From the NCBI RefSeq assembly GCF_000317145.1, contig NC_019697.1, positions 5,785,889-5,817,888 on the forward strand: a stretch of 32,000 bases of DNA. The letters run 5' to 3'. This document shows, piece by piece, positions 29,601 to 32,000 of this stretch (its first letter is position 1; each line of letters begins with the position of its first letter). A program made the translations under genes and the position numbers. The notes under the pieces were generated by a model. It searched no databases. It was not told where the DNA came from and saw nothing but the letters and a program-made list of their open reading frames with translations. Origin of the DNA: Chamaesiphon minutus PCC 6605. Lineage in GTDB: Bacteria > Cyanobacteriota > Cyanobacteriia > Cyanobacteriales > Chamaesiphonaceae.

Positions 29601-30334
29601 TGTTACTAGAAATCAACGACGATCGCATCTGTCTCGAAGTCAGCCGCATCTTGATGGAGCAAGAACTAGTTGTCAAATCGCTCGGTCAAACCTTTGAATT
29701 GCCTAATTATATTCAAGGTTATAGCGTCCTGGGCGATGGCAGTCTGACACTCGCCCTCGATCCTGTAGAACTCATCGCTCGCGTTAAAGCCAGTAACAAC
29801 CCTGTTACTCAGTCTATCCCCGCGAAATTGCCTACCCTACCAGCAACCACCCAACCCGCATTAGCTCCAGCCAGCGATGTACCCTTGCCCGAAGAAGTAG
29901 CATCAACCCTCGGCGATCTCAACAGCCACAATGCCGCTTCCACTGGGCGACAGCTACAAGTCTTAGTCGTCGATGACTCCCTGGTTCAACGCCAAAGCTT
30001 GGCTCGCTCCCTCACTAAAGCTGGCTGTCAAGTTATCCAAGCCAGCCACGGACGCGAAGGCATCCTCCGACTCCAAGAACATCCCCGCATTCGCCTGGTA
30101 GTTTGCGATATCGAAATGCCCCAAATGAATGGATTCGAGTTTCTCAGCTATTGTCGCCAAGATCCCAAATTCTCTCAAATTCCGATCGTCATGCTCACCA
30201 CGCGCGGCGGTCAAAAACACCGCGATCTCGCTATGACTTTAGGAGCTAAAGACTACCTTACCAAGCCCCAATCCGATCGAGATTTATTAGACATCATCGC
30301 GACACTAGCACAGCCTAGTGAAGTAGGAGTCTAG
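26696..30334 (+). CDS. pixL: Hybrid CheA histidine kinase (Hpt-linker-dimerisation-HATPase-CheW-REC), PixL-like
   Basis: Hpt MRAAHTIKGSAANCGF; HLVRNAYDHGIESPE; VSDDGQGLNWDKI; LSGRGIGLDVVRDRI; GQGTTFVMQFPLNLTTTR; REC VLVVDDSLVQRQSL...LVVCDIEMPQMNGFE...MLTTRGGQKHRDLAMTLGAKDYLTKP. Confidence 0.92.
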   Translation: MTTDDLDFQESLDRYFEIEAAELLQTIEQTLLSLVQEKTIERVHTLMRAAHTIKGSAANCGFKTIETIAHHLEDVFQALYPPELEIDPELGLLLMEGYDCLYDPLSALLAGVPYDEAATLERTAALFARLQTHLGDFFGRETPLPTAAELGFDVIGSIFTDSIPQDLEDLSIAIASQNVGRVKESLNSLAEFLLELGGSYSLPGIAAIAKTTLAAVERHPGRVLELAPIALANFQQAQIAIVGGDRSVGGEVSFELAAWGDSQTLTTAPATDESSSAEWLSLVDNDTTTAKAPTAESNASEWLSLVDNDTTTAATTTSDAAASEWLSLVDNDTTTAETTTAESNASEWLSLVDNDTTTVATTTSDAAASEWLSLVDRDTTPAETTTVESNASEWLSLVDNDITPAETTTTSDVAASEWLSLVDNDTTPEIYDEPQEHARLHQIVDADLEIVEIGAFEPDRTEYLIEATDSSQLAHISTPNSQLALTTQSGIDRIFQSIWLGQLEATAEDLNPPAPERMVPEREAAPDALVSVRVATVQLERLSHAIGELTIDDNQQFLRAEQLQRLAQSTVEQYRRCEQKLRLVSDWADKNAAIDERQKLASRRKQSTKNKTKKGKKAANEIVAHFDSLELDVYSDLSISIQNLTDELAELGLKVGNLAEMTQRARMTLGKRKQILADAQSELFEARMVEIAGVLNRFPRLLQQMVASHRKPAQLQLIGSEVSIDKIIAEKLYDPLLHLVRNAYDHGIESPEIRASQGKAPIGQLTIQVYHQGNRTKIEVSDDGQGLNWDKIRQRAIDMHLLQASHAATEAELAEIMFAPGFSTADKVNDLSGRGIGLDVVRDRIGALQGTIDVRSVAGQGTTFVMQFPLNLTTTRLMICESQGFVHALRADAISQVLLPSPDRIVSQSLLSDKDSSTFLRWGEGAEQKLIPIYAVNSLLDYRCQIVAGDLSASTLFPIQSKHSTNALLLLEINDDRICLEVSRILMEQELVVKSLGQTFELPNYIQGYSVLGDGSLTLALDPVELIARVKASNNPVTQSIPAKLPTLPATTQPALAPASDVPLPEEVASTLGDLNSHNAASTGRQLQVLVVDDSLVQRQSLARSLTKAGCQVIQASHGREGILRLQEHPRIRLVVCDIEMPQMNGFEFLSYCRQDPKFSQIPIVMLTTRGGQKHRDLAMTLGAKDYLTKPQSDRDLLDIIATLAQPSEVGV
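27527..27985 (+). repeat. In-frame tandem repeat (69-72 nt, 7 copies) encoding EWLSLVDND...
   Basis: GAATGG(T/C)T(A/C)TC(G/C)TTAGTCGATAACGA recurs seven times between 27527 and 27985 within the CheA linker. Confidence 0.95.
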
Positions 30335-30461
30335 GATTTAGGCTTTAGGCTTTAGGCTTTAGGCTTTAGGCTTTAGGTTTTAGGCTTTAGGCTTTAGGCT
30401 TTAGGCTTTAGGCTTTAGGCTTTAGGCTTTAGGCTTTAGGCTTTAGGCTTTAGGCTTTAGG
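30335..30461. repeat. (GGCTTTA)n heptanucleotide tandem repeat, about 18 copies
   Basis: Begins immediately after the TAG stop of the CheA gene; one variant unit (ggtttta). Confidence 0.97.
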
Positions 30462-30525
30462 AACTGCGTTCTCTAAATTCATTACTTCCCCCTCTCCCCC
30501 TCTCCCCCTCTCCCCCTCCCCTAGA

Positions 30526-31062
30526 ATGACTTCCTCCCTCCTATCCCAACGGTTAGCTAGTAATAACGAAGATGGCAATACGATCGACGCGATCGTGTTT
30601 GCCCTAGCCGATATCGAACAGACACCAATGGCCAACTACCTGTTTGCGATGCCTGTAGCAGCCGTGGAAAAAGCGATCGTCTATCCATCAGAGCGAGCAG
30701 TGCTCAGAGATGGGATTGGCATCATGAATTTGGGTGCAGAAACTTTGACAATTGTCGATTTACGCCAAAAATTCGCCTCGATCGATCCGCTCCAGGATTC
30801 TTCCAAATTTCTGATCTTATTTCATACCCACGCTGGCGAATTGTGCGCTCTTCCCATCAAAGATGCACCAGTATTAATGGACATCGATCCCGCCATGATT
30901 CGATCTCTTCCGCTAGCTTATCGCGAAGTCAATCAGCTTAGTTTTATCTCCCAAATGGCGATCGTCCCGCAAGAAGGTAACCTAGCACCATTACAGATTC
31001 TACTCATTGGCTTCGACCCGATCGATCCAAACAGATCGAACAGATCCAGTCACTTGAATTAA
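30526..31062 (+). CDS. CheW-like domain protein
   Basis: NYLFAMPVAAVEKAI..PSERAVLRDGIGIMNLGAETLTIVDLRQKFAS...KFLILFHTHAGELCALPIKDAPVLMDI; located after the hybrid cheA. Confidence 0.75.
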   Translation: MTSSLLSQRLASNNEDGNTIDAIVFALADIEQTPMANYLFAMPVAAVEKAIVYPSERAVLRDGIGIMNLGAETLTIVDLRQKFASIDPLQDSSKFLILFHTHAGELCALPIKDAPVLMDIDPAMIRSLPLAYREVNQLSFISQMAIVPQEGNLAPLQILLIGFDPIDPNRSNRSSHLN

Positions 31063-31162
31063 GTAGGAATTTAGGCGTCGCTGTCTCGCTTCCATGGTCG
31101 GGAGCGACGCATCGAACGGGATGTATTTGTCGAATTCGCTGTAGCCGTTGATGATGCCGAAG

Positions 31163-31177
31163 GTGGGCACTGCCCAC
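31163..31177. repeat. Short palindrome GTGGGCACTGCCCAC
   Basis: GTGGGCA-C-TGCCCAC. Core sequence shared with the 31328-31374 palindrome. Confidence 0.85.
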
Positions 31178-31327
31178 AGAACATGTCGAGTCGTAGCAAA
31201 AAGAATTTAAACTGCTTTTATCGATCGCAATCTCTTCACGAATCGATCGTACCCAAATTCTATGAAACGCTGGAATTTTCTGTCGATCGCATTCATTATA
31301 TGCCGCCTTTCAAAGTTAATTGAATGC

Positions 31328-31374
31328 GATCGATCTTGGGATAGTGGGCATTGCCCACTATCCCAAGATCGATC
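31328..31374. repeat. 47-nt perfect palindrome/hairpin (23-bp arms, 1-nt centre)
   Basis: GATCGATCTTGGGATAGTGGGCA-T-TGCCCACTATCCCAAGATCGATC. Confidence 0.97.
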
Positions 31375-31401
31375 TATCTAAAATTTATCGATCGTCAAAA
31401 T

Positions 31402-31869
31402 TTACCCTTCAACCTGCTCGAATGCCTTTTGCACCTCTGCGGTGACTTCCGCCGCTTCCTCATCATCGATATCCAATACCGATTGTAATTCTTTCAAAAA
31501 TACTAGTGCATTTGCCGGAATCTCGCCCGTATCCATATTCATCTTCGCCAACATCGCCGCCGCATAAGCATCCGGTACTAGATCGTCAGGAATCGCTTCA
31601 TCTGCGGCATTAAATAAAGCACCGAGTCCTTTGTCGGCAGCAATTGCGGTCAAACTATCGACCATCGATAAGAGATCCTCATCAGAATATTCCGCATATA
31701 AGTCAAAATCTGCCAGAATATCTAAAAATAAATCTGGTGCCACCAAGTCTTGCGGATTATCTGCTAAAGCAGCGATCAGCACAATCGATGCCAAGCCTTC
31801 AGCTTCATTTAATGGCTCATCGGTATACTCTTCAGCATTGAAGATACTATCGTATTTTGGCATGTTCAT
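31402..31869 (-). CDS. Hypothetical acidic helical protein (possibly TerB-like)
   Basis: 155-aa ORF MNMPKYDSIFNAEEYTDEPLNEAEGLASIVLIAALADNPQD...; acidic, helical, TerB-like spacing only. Confidence 0.55.
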   Translation of the reverse strand: MNMPKYDSIFNAEEYTDEPLNEAEGLASIVLIAALADNPQDLVAPDLFLDILADFDLYAEYSDEDLLSMVDSLTAIAADKGLGALFNAADEAIPDDLVPDAYAAAMLAKMNMDTGEIPANALVFLKELQSVLDIDDEEAAEVTAEVQKAFEQVEG

Positions 31870-31952
31870 ACTTTGTTCGATCGACTACCTCTGGCCTAGT
31901 CATACCAGATGCTGCGGGCAAATGGAAGCGATAGAGATGTTCTGTAACAAAA

Positions 31953-31986
31953 ACTAGGCTTTTGGCTTTTGGCTTTTGGCTTTAGA
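31953..31986. repeat. Degenerate (GGCTTTT)n tract
   Basis: aaactaggcttttggcttttggcttttggcttta. Confidence 0.8.
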
Positions 31987-32000
31987 TTTACGGTGTTAGG

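Noticed and set aside
30335-30461. Possible CRISPR-like array
   Set aside because: Units are 7 nt with no spacers; simple tandem repeat, not CRISPR. Same for 20221-20307.

Overview
Cyanobacterial chromosome segment. The evidence is HIP1-type GCGATCGC/CGATCG motifs throughout, chlP, CcmP and a Pix/Tax-type chemotaxis operon. No CRISPR array, rRNA, tRNA, intact mobile element or clearly recognisable defence island was seen. Main contents: partial chlP (-); a VOC-like protein; a tRNA-dihydrouridine synthase; a macro-domain protein; an LRR lipoprotein; a tight cassette YgiB-like (DUF1190) / YgiC-like glutathionylspermidine-synthase ATP-grasp / ferritin-like diiron protein; a 410-aa TetR regulator whose C-terminus looks like a catalytically degenerate tyrosine recombinase; a delta-9 desaturase; further TetR regulators; thrS; a PhoH-like ATPase; an SRPBCC protein; a CcmP-like tandem-BMC protein plus a pentapeptide-repeat protein; and a pixG-pixH-pixI-pixJ-pixL-like phototaxis operon with three GAF domains carrying a canonical-position Cys. 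The most noteworthy observations are: (1) the TetR/degenerate-recombinase fusion; (2) an unannotated, probably frameshifted remnant of a HYD1-like ADP-ribosyltransferase toxin between thrS and phoH; (3) the three-gene YgiB/YgiC/diiron cassette; (4) seven copies of an EWLSLVDND motif in the CheA linker; (5) a 47-nt perfect palindrome (23-bp arms) that shares its GTGGGCAYTGCCCAC core with a second nearby palindrome; (6) heptanucleotide repeats abutting stop codons and filling the desC leader. All domain calls come from motif recognition by eye; no database search was run.
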